The notes under the pieces are model-generated. The model saw only the letters and a program-made list of their open reading frames with translations. It searched no databases and was not told the DNA's origin. Of a stretch of 64,000 nucleotides of DNA, positions 10,670 through 23,994 are shown piece by piece. Position 1 is the stretch's first letter, and each line of letters opens with the position of its first letter. The stretch lies in NCBI GenBank assembly GCA_964270895.1, contig OZ185439.1. One strand, given 5' to 3'. The DNA is from Podarcis filfolensis. Lineage: Eukaryota. A program made the position numbers and the translations under genes.

Positions 10670-13600
10670 AACATGCTTCTCCAATTCTTTTTTAGCATAT
10701 ATTATTCTCCACTAATTTTTTTTTGCCAAAGTTTGTGTTCCTTTTTGTTCACTTTCTTTGGACAAGACTTTGATTTTAACTTTTTTTTAAAAAAGAAAGT
10801 TTTTTTGCCTCTGAGAGCTTCTTAACTTTGCTAATCAACCACTTTGGCATCCTCCTGGCCCTTGTGAGACCTTTATTCATCTGCAATGTACAGATTAGGG
10901 CCCGGTTAACCTGTTTGACATTCTAGACCCAGTCAAACTAACCTTAATCATTATTGTCAGAAAAAAGAAATCAACTGTACACCCAGGTACAAACAAGAAC
11001 AGCTGACATGTTAGAACAGTGCCCTCTCAAGAGCAGTGCTGCTGCCACTTACCCAGATGGTGCAGGGAGCAGCAAGGGCATACTGATGGAAGTGCCAGAT
11101 TGCCTCCAATGGTGCACCTAGGCTGCCCTAAGCTCACCACCATCGGGCCCCAACTCCACACCATGGCACTGCCCTATCACATGACTGCTACTGAGTTCAG
11201 ATGTTCTCATCTGTTCTGCAACCTGTTAAGGGACCATCTGAATGGAGCTCATGGACCACTAGTAGTCAAAGGGCTACAGCTTGAGCATCACAGCAGGTAG
11301 GTAGGTAGGTAGGAGCTTGGTAGGTAGGCAAGCTAGGTAGGAGAGCTTGCCTTAGGACTCTTGGGCAGCTATACAGCTATACTTTCTCCCCCGGAGGACA
11401 GCAAGAAAGGGTTGCATCTGTATCAGAGCCAATCTATTACCTTCCATCATCAGTTCAAAACAAGAAAGAAAGCACAACTCAGGAAGAAGTGGAAAAATGC
11501 CTTGATCATCAGTGATTCCTGAGTCACACGCATTTCAACTTAAATTCTTGGTAGGGGTTCCTTTTCTGCCTGGAAGATGAATACTTTCTCTTTTTCAGTG
11601 CATTCTGCCAACATAGGCAGAATCTGCTCCAAATTATGTACCTCTTCTTCACTGCGAACCACTTACATCCATATTCAGCAAGCTCTCTGTTGGTTGCTGT
11701 TGAAGACCCAGGCTGCCATGTTTTCCCCAATATCCTCACCTTCCTAGCTTTCTGTCCTCATAGAAGTATCCCTCTTTTGACAAAACGTTGGCATAATTTG
11801 AAATAGTACATTTGAAATAGCTGAGTCCCTGTCAAGAGTAAGCCAAATAAGCTCTTACTACTACAGTACAGCTATGACCCTCACCTTACCCTGGATGTGC
11901 CCACTTGACTGCTTCAATCTGCAGAAGTGGCACTTCTACAAGGGCTGCAAAATATTTGTTCCACTCTTGTGAGAAATTGATTTGTTTTTACTGTGACATC
12001 AGCTGATCTATAGATATTAGGTAGGCATCTTTGCTGTTCTGTTTTTGACTACTGCTAAAAACTTTTCTGTTTCGGCAAACCTTCCCTGACATCTAATTTG
12101 AATAGGTGCATTTATTTTTCAGTTTCAATTAGATCCATTTCCCCCCAATTGATTTATCTCTATTTTGATCATTATGTTTACTGTTTCAAAGTCTGATTTT
12201 ATTACAGTGTTAATGAATACTATATGTAAGCCACTTACAGATTATTATTATTTGATTAAGTGGTATATAAATCTTGTTAAGGAAATAAAATAAATACCAC
12301 CTGATCATTACACATAATAGTCCCTTTCATTCCACTGTGCATCAGTGTCAGCAGAGCTGATGGCCACAAAAAAGAGATACCCCTTTTTCTATGGTATCTT
12401 TTGCTCTGTGATGCCGAGCCATGAGCTTCTTTGTGTTACCTATCTCCTAGTTTGTTGCATCCTGAGCAAGGCTGTTGTCAGGCAAAGCAGCATCAAAGCT
12501 TTGCCAGGAAGGTCTGCTAGCGTGGAGGGTTCCTCTTATTCCGTTGGAGCCTTGGGAACCAGGTTCCATGCAAAGGTTTTCTCCAACTCCAGTACAAACA
12601 CACACAAATACACACCAACTGCTGCAGTTAATTTAAATTTCCTTCCCTGAAGAGGCCAGTGCAAGGCTGGGTTCTCTGAGATTCTGCATGATCTGACACC
12701 ACATCTCAGCCTGGCCCTGCCCTCCTCCCCCTTCACCCGGCCTGGCTTTCATACAACGAAGAAAAGAAATAGGGGAAGACACTTTCCCCCCAACATTCTC
12801 TATTTATCTTAAATGAGGCAAAAAGGGCTTCATCAGTCTGTTTGAAACAATATCTGAAGCAGAGCTGGGCTGTGAGGGAGCGTCACTTCATCAAAGGCTG
12901 GGCTGGATACTGCACTGGGGAAGAAGCCCACAGGCCTGGTGGTTACTTTAAGTTTATAATGTGCAGGATTTACTTACATCATCTGCTTTCTGTAAATCTG
13001 CCCCCCCCAAAGCAACACTCTGCTCCAGCCTCACCCAGTCATGTCTGAGCACCCAATTCCAGAGTCTCTGAATTAACTTGTACCTCACAGTAAGGCTAGA
13101 CTGGGGTGAAGGGGGAAATCTATGGTGGGAAATTATAATCAGACAAACTTGCAATTTCAGGGACAAATCGTGTAATCATATTGGGCACGATTCCAGCAAA
13201 GCTAAGCACTTTGAAGGTTCATTTATTTCAACATGAGAGATCTAATAATGCACTTGAGACTGCAATCCCATACATACTTACCTAGGAGGAAGTCCAGCTG
13301 AATTCAGTGAGCCTTACTTCTGAGTAGACATGTCTAGGGTTGCACTGTGGCTGTTCTAAATGTTGACTAGATCTAGATCGTGTCTTTCATTTTGTAAATC
13401 AGTTTGCTTAGAACTTGGATTTCTTGAAGTCAGGCCCATACCTCACAAGGTAAGAGAGTATGATGGGATGGAGTAATTGTACTTACTTTCCTTAGTTCAT
13501 CATAATACATGCTTCATCTCAGTCAATAATCTTAAGTGAAAAGCCTGTTTAAAAACAACCCCCCATGTGCTGCTTTTAGGCAATATTTTAACATAAGTAG

Positions 13601-16600
13601 TGCGGTAAAAATCAGAAATACATGATTTCCATACTTGCTTAAAAAAAGAGAAAAGACTGCAATCATTAGCAAATTTGAGGAAATAAGCCCCATTCAGTTG
13701 AAACTTTCTCAATAGGCATGTTTATAGGATTGAGCTGCAAAAGTGTGTGATCCATGGAGCCCAACTAGGAAGTAAATATCAAGAGCTCGATAGGACTCCT
13801 ATTAAATATGCTTATTTTGAAGTAAGCAGGCATATAACTGGGGTATGTATATTTTTCCTGAAAATTTAAAGGGCTCTGAAATCAGTGGTGTATAGTTCCA
13901 AGCAGATAGCTACCTTTAGGATCAGACTATAATACACCAGCCTCATTTATTTTAGTAGGACTTCTTTAGGTGAATGTGTTTAGAGTGTGTATAGGAAGCA
14001 AAAGGAGAGGCATTCAGGATCTACCTTATGCCTCTTGGGGGAAGGGAGAAAGGAGGACTGTACAAATGTTAATCTGCATCCAAGAATTGTCATAAACCCA
14101 TCAAATAATTGTAAATCTTGGGCACGATCCACTGAAAATAAAGCATTGTTTTGAGTCCCTTGGGAGAAAATTGCATACCCCCATATAAATAAATGGGACG
14201 CAAAAGTGCTTTGCTTTGGCTGGATCATGCCCCAAGGTTTCAGCAGATTCAATCCAATCCACTGTTTTGTTTTTGTTTGAACCCAGCAACTCAACAGAGA
14301 GAGAACATATTGGAGGCATTTTAATTAATATAATCGTTCAGGGCATGTAAAATTACACCAAAATAGCTGGTAGAAAATAACAATTGACAGTTTCAGTCAA
14401 GAGCTAATGACAGGTTTACTATGCATTAATCACAACGATGATGACGTGCACATTAATGATGATGAGGGTGATAATCATAAATAAAACGTTTTGTACCCTA
14501 AAATCCTGTGCCATTCCTTGCTGGATTGATTCCTATAGGCCACGGGTGGAGGGTGAGGAGATAGTGGGGTCTCCCGACGTGGTGCGGGAAGCAGAAAGAG
14601 TGGTAAGATAGAAAGCCCCGCCGCGCTCCTCTTCGCCAAGCTGCTTTTCCTTTAGTTAAAACAAGAAAGGGGGAAAAAGAGAAGACGTGGGCCTCTGGCG
14701 CTTAGTGGTGGGCATCCTTTCCACAAGAGAAAGAACTGCGGAAAACTGCTCATTCCTTAACCTATTTAAGCCATTTCTATCCGGCCTTTCCCTCGCAAGC
14801 CTTTCAAAGCGTCTTACAAGCCAGAAAGAAGGGCAAAATCCAAAACGGGGGCAAATCCAAAACAAGGGCAAAGAAATTAAACGAATCAGTCAATCTTTCT
14901 AGCTTTCAGATTTATGTTTTACAAGACTTTCGATGGGGTGCGGGGAGGAGAATCCCGAGATCTTTACCTGGAGGATTTAGGTTGCAGTAAGAACCCCGCT
15001 GCCCTATGGGATTCAGTGGGACTTAATTCTGCGTGGACATGGTTAGGATGGCGCTGCTAGTGGGTTTCCGAATTCTACAGTGGGACCCTGGGAAGAGACT
15101 AGAACGGCCAGATCAAAATAGATAAGGTGGAAAAGGTAATCTGCATAACAAATAAGGGATTCCCCACCCCATCCCCCAAGCAGAAACTCCCTCCGTTACG
15201 CAGCTAAATCCCAGCTACGCGGGATTTTCAAAATCCTTGCAACATAACCGATGATTTGCAGTAACATTGCTATTGAATGAATGAAGGGAGTACAAACGAA
15301 ATCCCACTTGCTTTGGGGAACGAGCCCGGCAGTGGGAATTCCCGGGGAGGTTGTAAGACTCCCTCGACGCCACTGCACTGGGTGGAGGAAGCCGGTTTCA
15401 AGCGCCTTGCCATCCCTCCTTCCCCTTTGAGTCTCTGGGCCGCTTGTCAGCGGGTAACGTAGTCGGTGCCGTCGGGGATCGGGCGCTGTTTTGCGGATGG
15501 AGGAGCCAAGGAGACCCGAGAGAGCATTTGTTTGGGGACGTGTCTCCCTCACCCAGTTTGCTCTGCCATCGGAGTGGGGAGAAGCCCACAAGTTCCCGTC
15601 GGGGTTCCAAGGGCGACTCGGCTGTCGCCGCCCCCGCGGACCCGTCTTCAGGTCTTCCTGCACACCTTGACCCTTCCACGTCTCTACAACCCCCTTCCCC
15701 AGTTTCAAGGCGGATTGTGTGGCTGAATGTGTGATGCGCTGGCTCAGCCGAAGTGATGCCTCCATCCCACTCCCTCCACACAGCACCCGAATTCAGCACC
15801 CGAATTCAAGCAGGGAATTCAAGTTGCTTCTCGGGGAACTCTGCCGGCTGGATTCCGGCAGCGGATCAGCCACTTCTTCCCGTCCCTTTCTGGAGCCATT
15901 GGCTAAAAATGCTCTTCGACGGAGCATCCAAAGTCTGCGAAAGGCGCTTTTGAAGGACACCAGCTCCTCCGGTTCGCTCTACCAGCGGCAAATGACCGGG
16001 AGGTTCCGTCTGAGTCCCAGGAGGTGTCTTCGGGTTCCCATCCCCGTCGCTCTCAGGCTTGGGCCCCCCGATGGCTTACCGTGTCCCCCTTGCTCGGCTT
16101 CCCCAGGCCCGTGGTTCTCTGTCCTGCATGACTTTTCCCCGCAATATCCGCCGGCAAGTTTTTGCGCGCCCTCCTCCAATTCGAAGCGTGAAATCGGGCC
16201 GTCGGATTCGAGGCGCGCGTTAATTGTTTCTGCTCAGCGGTACGCCTGATTCTCTCTGCAAAGTCAATCCCGTTGGAAATGGGATTTCATGCTGTTTTCC
16301 TGGCCCGGTAATTGATCTCCCGAGCGCTGCTAAGTGGAGAGATTTCGGACAAATCGAGCTGTCTAAAATTGCTAAAGTCGATTCGATTTGAGTCCCACGA
16401 GGGTCTCTGCAGCGGAAGGGGGGTGGGCAGACGGGAGAAGGGGCAAGAGACCTATAGAGTTTGGGTCAAACTCCGGTATTTCGCCCCCCCCCACACCCAA
16501 ACTCTCGTTCAGTTTCCCAAGATTCCCCCCTAAAAACCCGACGGTATAGGCAACATGGCCAAGTTAACGGAGGGAGCGGTAGGTGAGGGTTAGAAAAGAC

Positions 16601-16828
16601 ATTTCTAAGTCTGGGCTTTTGCTGGCAGAAGGGCAAAGAGCAGTAGTCCAACTCCCATCAGCCCCAGCCAGCACGACCTGCGGAGCTTTGGTCCAGCAAC
16701 CCCTCTAGAGGACCACAGGCCTTTAGATCATTCCTGTTGGAAAAGCCCCCCCCCCCTTGATCTTGACGGGTGTGAAAACAGGCTATCCGGTATTCGTACC
16801 ATTCTCAAACGCAGGACGGTGATCGTTT

Positions 16829-17040
16829 GGGAGGCAGTGTTGAACAGTGGTTAGAGTGCTAGCTAGGACCTGGGAGACCTGGGTTCAAACCCCCATTTGG
16901 TCATGGGTCAGTCACTGCCTTTCTTCCTAACCTACCTCACAGGGTTGTTGTGGGGATTAAATAAGGAGGGGAAGAAGAACCATGTAAGTCGCCTTGAGCT
17001 CCTTGGAGAAAAAAAAGGGGGTATAAATGCAATAAAATGA
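16829..17040 (+). mobile_element. tRNA-derived (Squam3/Ther1-type) SINE
   Basis: cagtggttagagtg...gacctgggttcaaaccc (A/B boxes), cctaacctacctcacagggttgttgtg body, A-rich tail. Confidence 0.8.
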
Positions 17041-17406
17041 AGTTTTACTGAAGGAATGTGCCAAGGGGGTTTGTTACCCTGTCTTGCATTTCTTCACTCC
17101 CTTGCGTAAAGGACAGCAGGCTGCCTTCCAGGAATCCGGTGCCCTGCGGCTATACAACGGGGACGGATTTCCCCTGGCAGTTCCTGAGAATGTAAACGCA
17201 GCGGGATGGGGCTAGTGCACACACGGTAGTGTCTATTCCTCCTTTTCACATCGCACCAAACGCGGCGCTTTACGGCGGAGTCTTTAACGTGTCATCGCCT
17301 AGACGGGACCAGCCTCAGGCAGCTGAAACTGGGTGTCATGGAAGGGCAGCAAATTTAACAGACTTAAGGATAATTGTATCTCTGCTGCCAGGGAAACGGA
17401 AAGGTA

Positions 17407-17648
17407 CAGTGGTACCTCGGGTTAAGTACTTAATTCGTTCCGGAGGACCGTTCTTAACCTGAAACTGTTCTTAACCTGAAGCACCACTTTAGCTAATGGG
17501 GCTTCCTGCTGCTGCCGCGCCGCCGGAGCACGATTTCTGTTCTTATCCTGAAGCAAAGTTCTTAACCTGAAGCACTATTTCTGGGCTAACGGAGTCTGTA
17601 ACATGAAGCCTATGTAACCTGAAGCGTATGTAACCCGAGGTACCACTG
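17407..17648 (-). mobile_element. Tigger-like MITE, 242 bp
   Basis: TA|cagtggtacctcggg...cccgaggtaccactg|TA; reverse orientation of the 3792 and 48470 copies. Confidence 0.9.
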
Positions 17649-18129
17649 TATTTCTGTCCAGGATGCCCAAATTACTTGGCTGGCCTGGCTGTACGTGTGT
17701 GCTATTTTGCTGTTTGGCGTAGGGCAGCGAGATGTCTTCTTGCGCCGTCCTTGTGAACAGAGATATCAAGAGATGGCGCTTCCTGGAACCGAGCAAGGAA
17801 TCACCTGGGCTTACCCAGCGAAGCCAGGCACCTGCTCTTTGGGGATTTTCTTTTTCGACCAATCTAAATTGCGCCCCCCCCGCCTTTTAAAAATGTCGCT
17901 GGCCAAGGCCAGAGTGGTTAGAACAGCATTGTTTGACGGGTCTTCCCTTCCCTTCCCAGCCCTGCAGAAGGGGCGCTCCGAAGGATGCACCGGAATGCTA
18001 AGTATTCCAAGTTTATGCCCTAAATGGCAACGCATCGGGCTTTCGCCCGCCAGGAGGCGCTCGTTGAACATCATCAAGCTCTTGGTTGCCGTCTGTTTGG
18101 CCTTCCGAAAGCCAGAGGCTCCGTGCAGT

Positions 18130-18143
18130 GCGCCCCCTGCCGG
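18130..18143 (-). promoter_or_regulatory. CTCF core motif
   Basis: Minus strand CCGGCAGGGGGCGC fits the CCRSYAGRKGGCRS core at all 14 positions and lies in the CpG-retaining domain. Binding not shown. Confidence 0.5.
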
Positions 18144-21100
18144 CTACTTCTCTTGGCAACGTCTGCTTTCGGCGAGGATTCCATTAAGGATGGATGGGGC
18201 GAGGGCACCGCTGCGGGTGCGACAAAGGGGGGCATTTGGGAGAAAGAACTTCGCTCCTTGCTATCCTTTCGCTTCACCTCGAACAATGGCTGAGGAGATT
18301 CAGCTTAGATACATCAGCCTGCCCGCTGGCTTGCTGCCCAGTCCCACACCCTCCCTCTGGGGATTTTGCCTGACTATAAACTCGGTGGAAATGCCCTTAT
18401 GCGGGATCTCATGATTCCAGCGAGGGATTAGGCTGGGAATTCAGGATTCTGCTTTCCAGGGTTTTCCTGGAGACTCCAGCCTCATTTGCAAAGCAGCCAA
18501 CGTCAGCACTTCGTCCCTCTGCTAAACATCTGTCCATGCGAAAATACGTTTTCAAAAAACAAAACAAAACCCAGGTTTCCAGACACCCACTCCACCCTCG
18601 ATATTTATGTCTGCAACATCTCATTTGGAAATGCCATCGACTCAGTTTGCAACATCCCATTATAGGGGGTTAAATCCCGACTTCCCAATTTGCAGTTTAT
18701 TATTATTTTTATATATTCCTCTACTTAGAGGTTTTGGCCTTGGAGCATGTGTTACCAGTTAGAGAAATATCAAAATAATGAATGACAAATTCCGAATTCT
18801 GAGGCCATGAATCACAAACTGGAGAGTCCAGACTGAGTAAACGGGGGCCATGGAGATTCCTCACGGATCACCCAAGCAAATACATTTCATTTAGGAATTA
18901 TAAGACTTCAATCCTATACCCGCCTGCCCATTGAGCTCAATGGGACTTCAGATTAGATACGTCTAGACTAGCATTGCACTGTAATTATTCCCCCTCCCGT
19001 AACAGTGTCATAAAAATGGATAGGAGAGACTTTGTTCATCCTCAAGCTGTTCAAAAGCACCCCGTTAACTCCGTTCCTCATGAAAAGCAAAAAATGAATT
19101 TAAAAAGATCAAACAAACAAAACCCTAGGAAAGCACCTAAAAATCATGACACGAAGGGAGCACGAATTTTTCTGGATTCCCCAGCTGGATAAAATATAGG
19201 AAGCCAAGACTGGTCAGGCATGAACGGTGAATTCACCAGGAGCTTTTTAAAAACAAAAAAATATGTATTCATTAATGGCCTGAAAAAGGAAGTAAGAATG
19301 TGACAAGATTTGCAGGTTATCAGGTCATTTAAAGCAGCTAAAGCAGCTAAATCTAAAGCAGACTGAGGCGGTGGTCTTATCTGGTACCTGGAAGTAAGTC
19401 CCGTTGACATCAGTGGTGCTTACTTCTGAGTAGACACGCGTGGGCTTGCACTGCAAAGACCAGTCGCCCTCGGTGCTAAGGAACGCAAGCAACGAAACAG
19501 CAGATGGGATTTAATACTACTTGGGAGGAGAGATGGCCAAAGAACATAATAAAATCTAAAAATGAAGGCAAGGCGTCGTTGATTTCAGTAGGTTTTACAC
19601 AAGGTCTTGAGGGCTCGGGAAGCAATTGCGCTTATGCAGAGCCAGCTTCATACACCCTGTGAGTATTTCATCCAGCATTTCATCCCAGTGCTAAAAAAAA
19701 TCATATTGTTTTTCTTCCTGTGGAAAATGTGCTTAGGATCGCAGTCCCCTCCACTGTGTTGGGAGGTAAGTGGAACGCAGCGCCTGGCGCACCTTTGTTC
19801 CCCAACAAGTGTAATGGGAACCTGACTGAGGTGGCAGATGAGAGCCCCGCTGAAAACAGTGGCACTTCCTTCTGAATAAACACGCGGCCACAATCGCCCC
19901 TTGAAACCACAACAGCCAGGAGCCACCATTCTGGGAAGATTCGTCGAAATGTCGGTCCAAGAGACTGTAGCTCCGCAGCCAAAAGAATAAACATCACGTT
20001 AGACTTCCGAGCGCCGGGTAGTGCGTTAAGTCTACTGCAGCGGAAACAACAAAGAGCCCTGTCCTTTCCTTGAAGAGGACAAGACTTGAGAGTGGCATTT
20101 GCTTTCCTGCGCGTCACTTCGTCGGATGCGCGACGGCCGGGTTATCTAATGTACAATGGGTCTTTCTTAGTGCAGAAGAGCAAAGGGGCCGTTGAAAAGA
20201 AGTTCACCTTCATACCATTACGCCCCGAGCCCTGAATAGTATATTTCTGCTCTCCCAGTTGATTTTAAGGCGGTAAAGAGAAGCTCAATCAGAATTATTT
20301 GGTCACAAGCAAAGATTTAAACACTTCGTCTTTGAAAAAAAGAATAGAACAAAGGAAGGATGTGTCTGAACCGCACAAAACCAGGAATACCTGAAAAGAA
20401 ACTGCCCCATTTATACCCGAAGGCATCAAGCTTGAAACAGATCTGATCTTTGCTTCTCGCAAGGCCCAGTTTTAGCCTATGGAAACGTAAGATATTAGGC
20501 ACCCCTTGCCTTAAACATTAGAGTCTCTCAAGGGAAGGTTTGCTGATAATTCCTATGTTAAATGTATGTATTTATATTACAGGGCATCAGGCTTACACGA
20601 CGTAAAACAGTGGTTCAGGCTGCGTACAGGCCATATATTAAAAACCCATTCTGCAAGAGTCCTGGGGATCCTGTAGTTTATCCCCACCCCACCCACAGAG
20701 CTACAGTTCCCAGCACCCTTGGCAAACTACACTTCGCATGGTTCTTTAAAAGAGAGTTTCCCAGGTGAGCCGTGCCTTGAAAGGAACCACTTTTTAATTT
20801 TTCTTTGGGTCTGATGCCCTTTAATATGAATATATGCGTAGCATTTCTGATATTGCTTACATTTACAGAGGCCAGCCGTGATGGGAATACCCCCCTCCTC
20901 TCACCGCCCCCTCCTTTGAAAGCGCTTCCTGGCGCATCTGGCTCTGGACACTGTCAAAGACAGGCTACTGGGCTCGAGGACCCCCTCAGGCTACTGTTGT
21001 GAATTTGGAAAGTTCTTCAGTAGTGTCAACTTGAGCATAAATACTCGTGAACGAGGAGAGGAAATTGTCCATGTCCACCGTTATTTTCTTGCAAACCAAG

Positions 21101-23199
21101 GGCCCAGCCTAATTCCACCCCCCTCCACCGCCCCAAGATCTAATCTATTTCTCCGGTAGTCTTTTGTCAGCGCCAGGACTAAGTTCTTCCATCTTCGTGA
21201 TTCCAAACAGCAGTTTTACGCAGCACCTCTACCATCGCAGCACCTCTTTCAAAGCTCAAAGCCGTTTCCCCCAACCCCAAGTACAACTGGGCATCTCCGA
21301 AGGCAGAGTTGCACCCACAGCTCGCACATCCCGAGAGCATGTTCGCACAAGCAGGACTTGGATCATTTGGAGACATTCTGATTTCATGAGAAGGTCGCTC
21401 TCCTGAGATCAAGGACAAGTTGTAGATCAGTTGATATTTCTGCGGTGGGATAAAGGCGATACAAAAACTGCGCGCGGATTTGCTCAAAAGCCTTATGGGG
21501 CCGCGATCTTACACACACTTACTTGGGAGTGTAAGCCTCAAGGGGCACACTTCCAAATTAGAAGGCGCAGAATCCGGCACGGCTGGGGTGAGATCCGAAA
21601 CTCCCGGAGATTTCATTCACAACCAGCGAGTCTTACGACTTAAATAAAAACCTTCTGCAGTGTAAAAGAACAACAACAACTATTATCTCCAGCGTGCGCA
21701 CACAACGGCAGTGCTCCTAGGGAAACTTGTTTTCGAACACCGGGAAAGTGCAAAGAGCCAGTTGGACACACCATCTGGGAGCTCTTCGCATACCAAGGAA
21801 ACCCAGAGGAGGACTGAGGCTAACCCTCCCCTATAAATGTTTAAAACTAGGCTTGGAGATCGCTCGGTCTCCATAGCAGGGCTCCAATCTATCGAGGTCC
21901 GCAAGGCTGACTACAGAAGAAATGTGACGGACTTCACCGAGAAACAGCAACTCCCGGGAGGCAATAAATCGAGCCGGTCTCCTTGCCAAACCGACCTGGC
22001 CTTTTGCACTCCCACTAAGACAACTGAAGAGTTGGAGGGCGGATGGGCTGTGTGTGTTTGTGTTCTGCATCCCTTTTGTTTTACCCGGGTTTTCCTTTCC
22101 AGGAAAGGAACGAGACTCAGACATAAAAAAGGATTGCATTGCTTAAATGGGTTACTCTGCTTAAAATATATATTCCCGCACTCTGGGACTAAGCAGTTCC
22201 AAGCCGGGACAAATCCTGTGGCGCGCGGTCCCGGGCGACCGGGATCAGCTCTTGGCCAATGCTCGAGCAATATGCATTTCTTTGGCAGTAAAGTCGCCCT
22301 TTCTGGACTCGGTTTCCACCGCAGCGCGAAGCACGAGATCGCAGTCCTGCAACCTCTGGCACGTTTACTCGCAAGTCACTTCCGCGGCGTTGAACTGGGG
22401 GCTTTCACGCAGAAACAGGGCGCGAAAACAACCCAAGTGAAGACGCCGCGCGTAGTTTGACAGAGAGAGGGGAGAGAAAGACCCTTCAGTCAAATAGGGG
22501 TTACAGCTGGATTAATAAATGGCCCTGTGACACCCCCTCTCTCTTAGGCCCCCACCCCGCAAATGCAAAAAAACTCCGATTCAAAGGGAAGCACCTCCCG
22601 CCTGCCCTCTGGCTCATCCCTAAGCAAACGGATGGAGAACCTGTCTCTCTCCCTCCCACAGTCCCTCGCCCATTAGCCCTGGCCAGCGTGTCTAGCGGTA
22701 AGGAGCGGCGGGAGTTGGAGACCTACAACATGTGGGTCTCCGGTCCGTTGCGGGGTGGGTGGGGGAGATTCCCTTGGCCGGGGTAAGGCCCCTCCACCGA
22801 AAACGTAGCAGAAGGGAGAGAGATCTCTTCTCCCGTCGGGGAGATGCCGCGTTACCCATAGATGAAAACCATCCTCCCGGGAACGACTCACCCGCGCTGC
22901 GTCCGGGCTCGGATTCTTTTCCCTTTTTCTCCTCCCGGGAGCGCCGGGACTTCCTCCTTTCGTCCACGCCAGTCTCAGCACCGAAGGCAAAGGCTGGCAG
23001 TGGGGTAGGGTGGGGTGTTGGTGGAGCTGCAGGGCACCCCTGCTCCCCTCCAGCCCCCAGATTTTTGACTGTCCAGAGCCAAAGGCCGGCGGAAAAGATT
23101 GTGTGAACGGAGAGACAGACCCCTGCTTACCTACCCATCTCTTGGGCTACTCTTGCGCGAGGTTTCCGCGTCGGGGCTGGGGAGAGACGAGGCAACGAC

Positions 23200-23734
23200 G
23201 GTCAGGGGGTTCCCATTATTCGCCTCCGGTTGGGCTGCTCTTGCCAAGCCACCTTTTTGTAGCGAGACTGTTAGCAACGGCGGCGGCGGGAGGCCTCTTA
23301 CCCGGCAGTTGGAGAGAAGGAAGCCCGGTGCGCGCGCGGAGGGGGGGAGGCCAATCCCCTCCCCATCTCCCCCTTCCCCCTCCCTCCGGATGCGCGCAAG
23401 CCCCCTCCGGGAGCCGGCCTGGCCCCTCGGGGAACCCGTGCCGAGAGGGTTAACCCCGGAGCGACTCCCCTTTACCTTTGCGAGAGCGAAAATGTCCGCA
23501 GGCGGCGGCTCTTCCAGGGGCGGCGCTGGCGAACAAGGCGTCTTGGCACCGGCCCCGGGGAAGGCTGGTCAGGGGCGTGAGCTCCCCTCTCCCACCAGCA
23601 CCAAAACATTGGGGGGCAGGGGAAAAAAGGCAGCTTCGCCCCCACGCTTTGCACTCCGGACAATTAGCCGCCCGCGACTGGCTGTGCCCGGCGCGGGACT
23701 TAATTCGGGGAGCCCCCCTCGGCCTCGGCCCAGC
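23200..23734 (+). promoter_or_regulatory. HPSE2: HPSE2 promoter / 5' UTR region
   Basis: GC-rich island core immediately 5' of the ATG. CCAAT at 23351-23355, RFX-like gttagcaac at 23270-23278, and a C-run tract at 23356-23387 that could form a minus-strand G-quadruplex. TSS not determinable. Confidence 0.65.
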
Positions 23735-23994
23735 ATGCCCTGCCCCAGCGCTGGCCCTCCCGGCTTCCTGGCCCTCTTGGCCCCTGGACTAGCGCTGCTG
23801 GCTCACCTCTCGCTCCCCTCGCAGGCCGGGGTGAGGCGCCTTCCCGCCGGGACTGGCCCGCAGGGCGCCCCGGGCCGGACGCTCATCCTCCTGGACGTGA
23901 GCGCCAGGAGCCCCCTCCGCGTCACCAGCGAGAACTTCCTCTCGCTGCAGCTGGATCCCTCCATCCTCCACGACGGCTGGCTGGACTTCCTCAG
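23735..23994 (+). CDS. HPSE2: Heparanase 2 coding exon 1 (signal peptide + start of the glycoside hydrolase family 79-like domain)
   Basis: MPCPSAGPPGFLALLAPGLALLAHLSLPSQAG...TLILLDVSARSPLRVTSENFLSLQLDPSILHDGWLDFL aligns without gaps to human HPSE2 from its second Met, as recalled. 260 nt, phase 2, donor AG|gtaagg. Confidence 0.97.

Larger units (their letters stand above)
8960..10900 (-). mobile_element. Decayed CR1 ORF2 (reverse transcriptase region)
   Basis: Minus-strand translation gives an RT motif like VPQGS.LG..FNLFINDL...KIADDT (about 9580-9685) and C-terminal KDQGLSHEEKMQHLGV...YKICMHDIDRENFF (about 8970-9150), with frameshifts and stops. Confidence 0.85.

Noticed and set aside
11440-11530. 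Possible CR1 ORF1 esterase-like remnant (..LIISDS..)
   Set aside because: Too short and decayed to support.
15196-23000. Many 100-240 aa ORFs (e.g. 15196-15786, 15719-16249, 17695-18414, 21837-22460), including a search for a hidden homeobox gene
   Set aside because: They overlap on both strands in GC-rich, stop-poor DNA, mostly start at non-ATG codons, and show no domain motifs or coherent splice structure.
23099-23389. Whole 299-aa ORF 23099-23998 as the HPSE2 N-terminus
   Set aside because: It starts at GTG upstream of the probable promoter elements and reads through the exon 1 donor to a stop; only the downstream part is supported.
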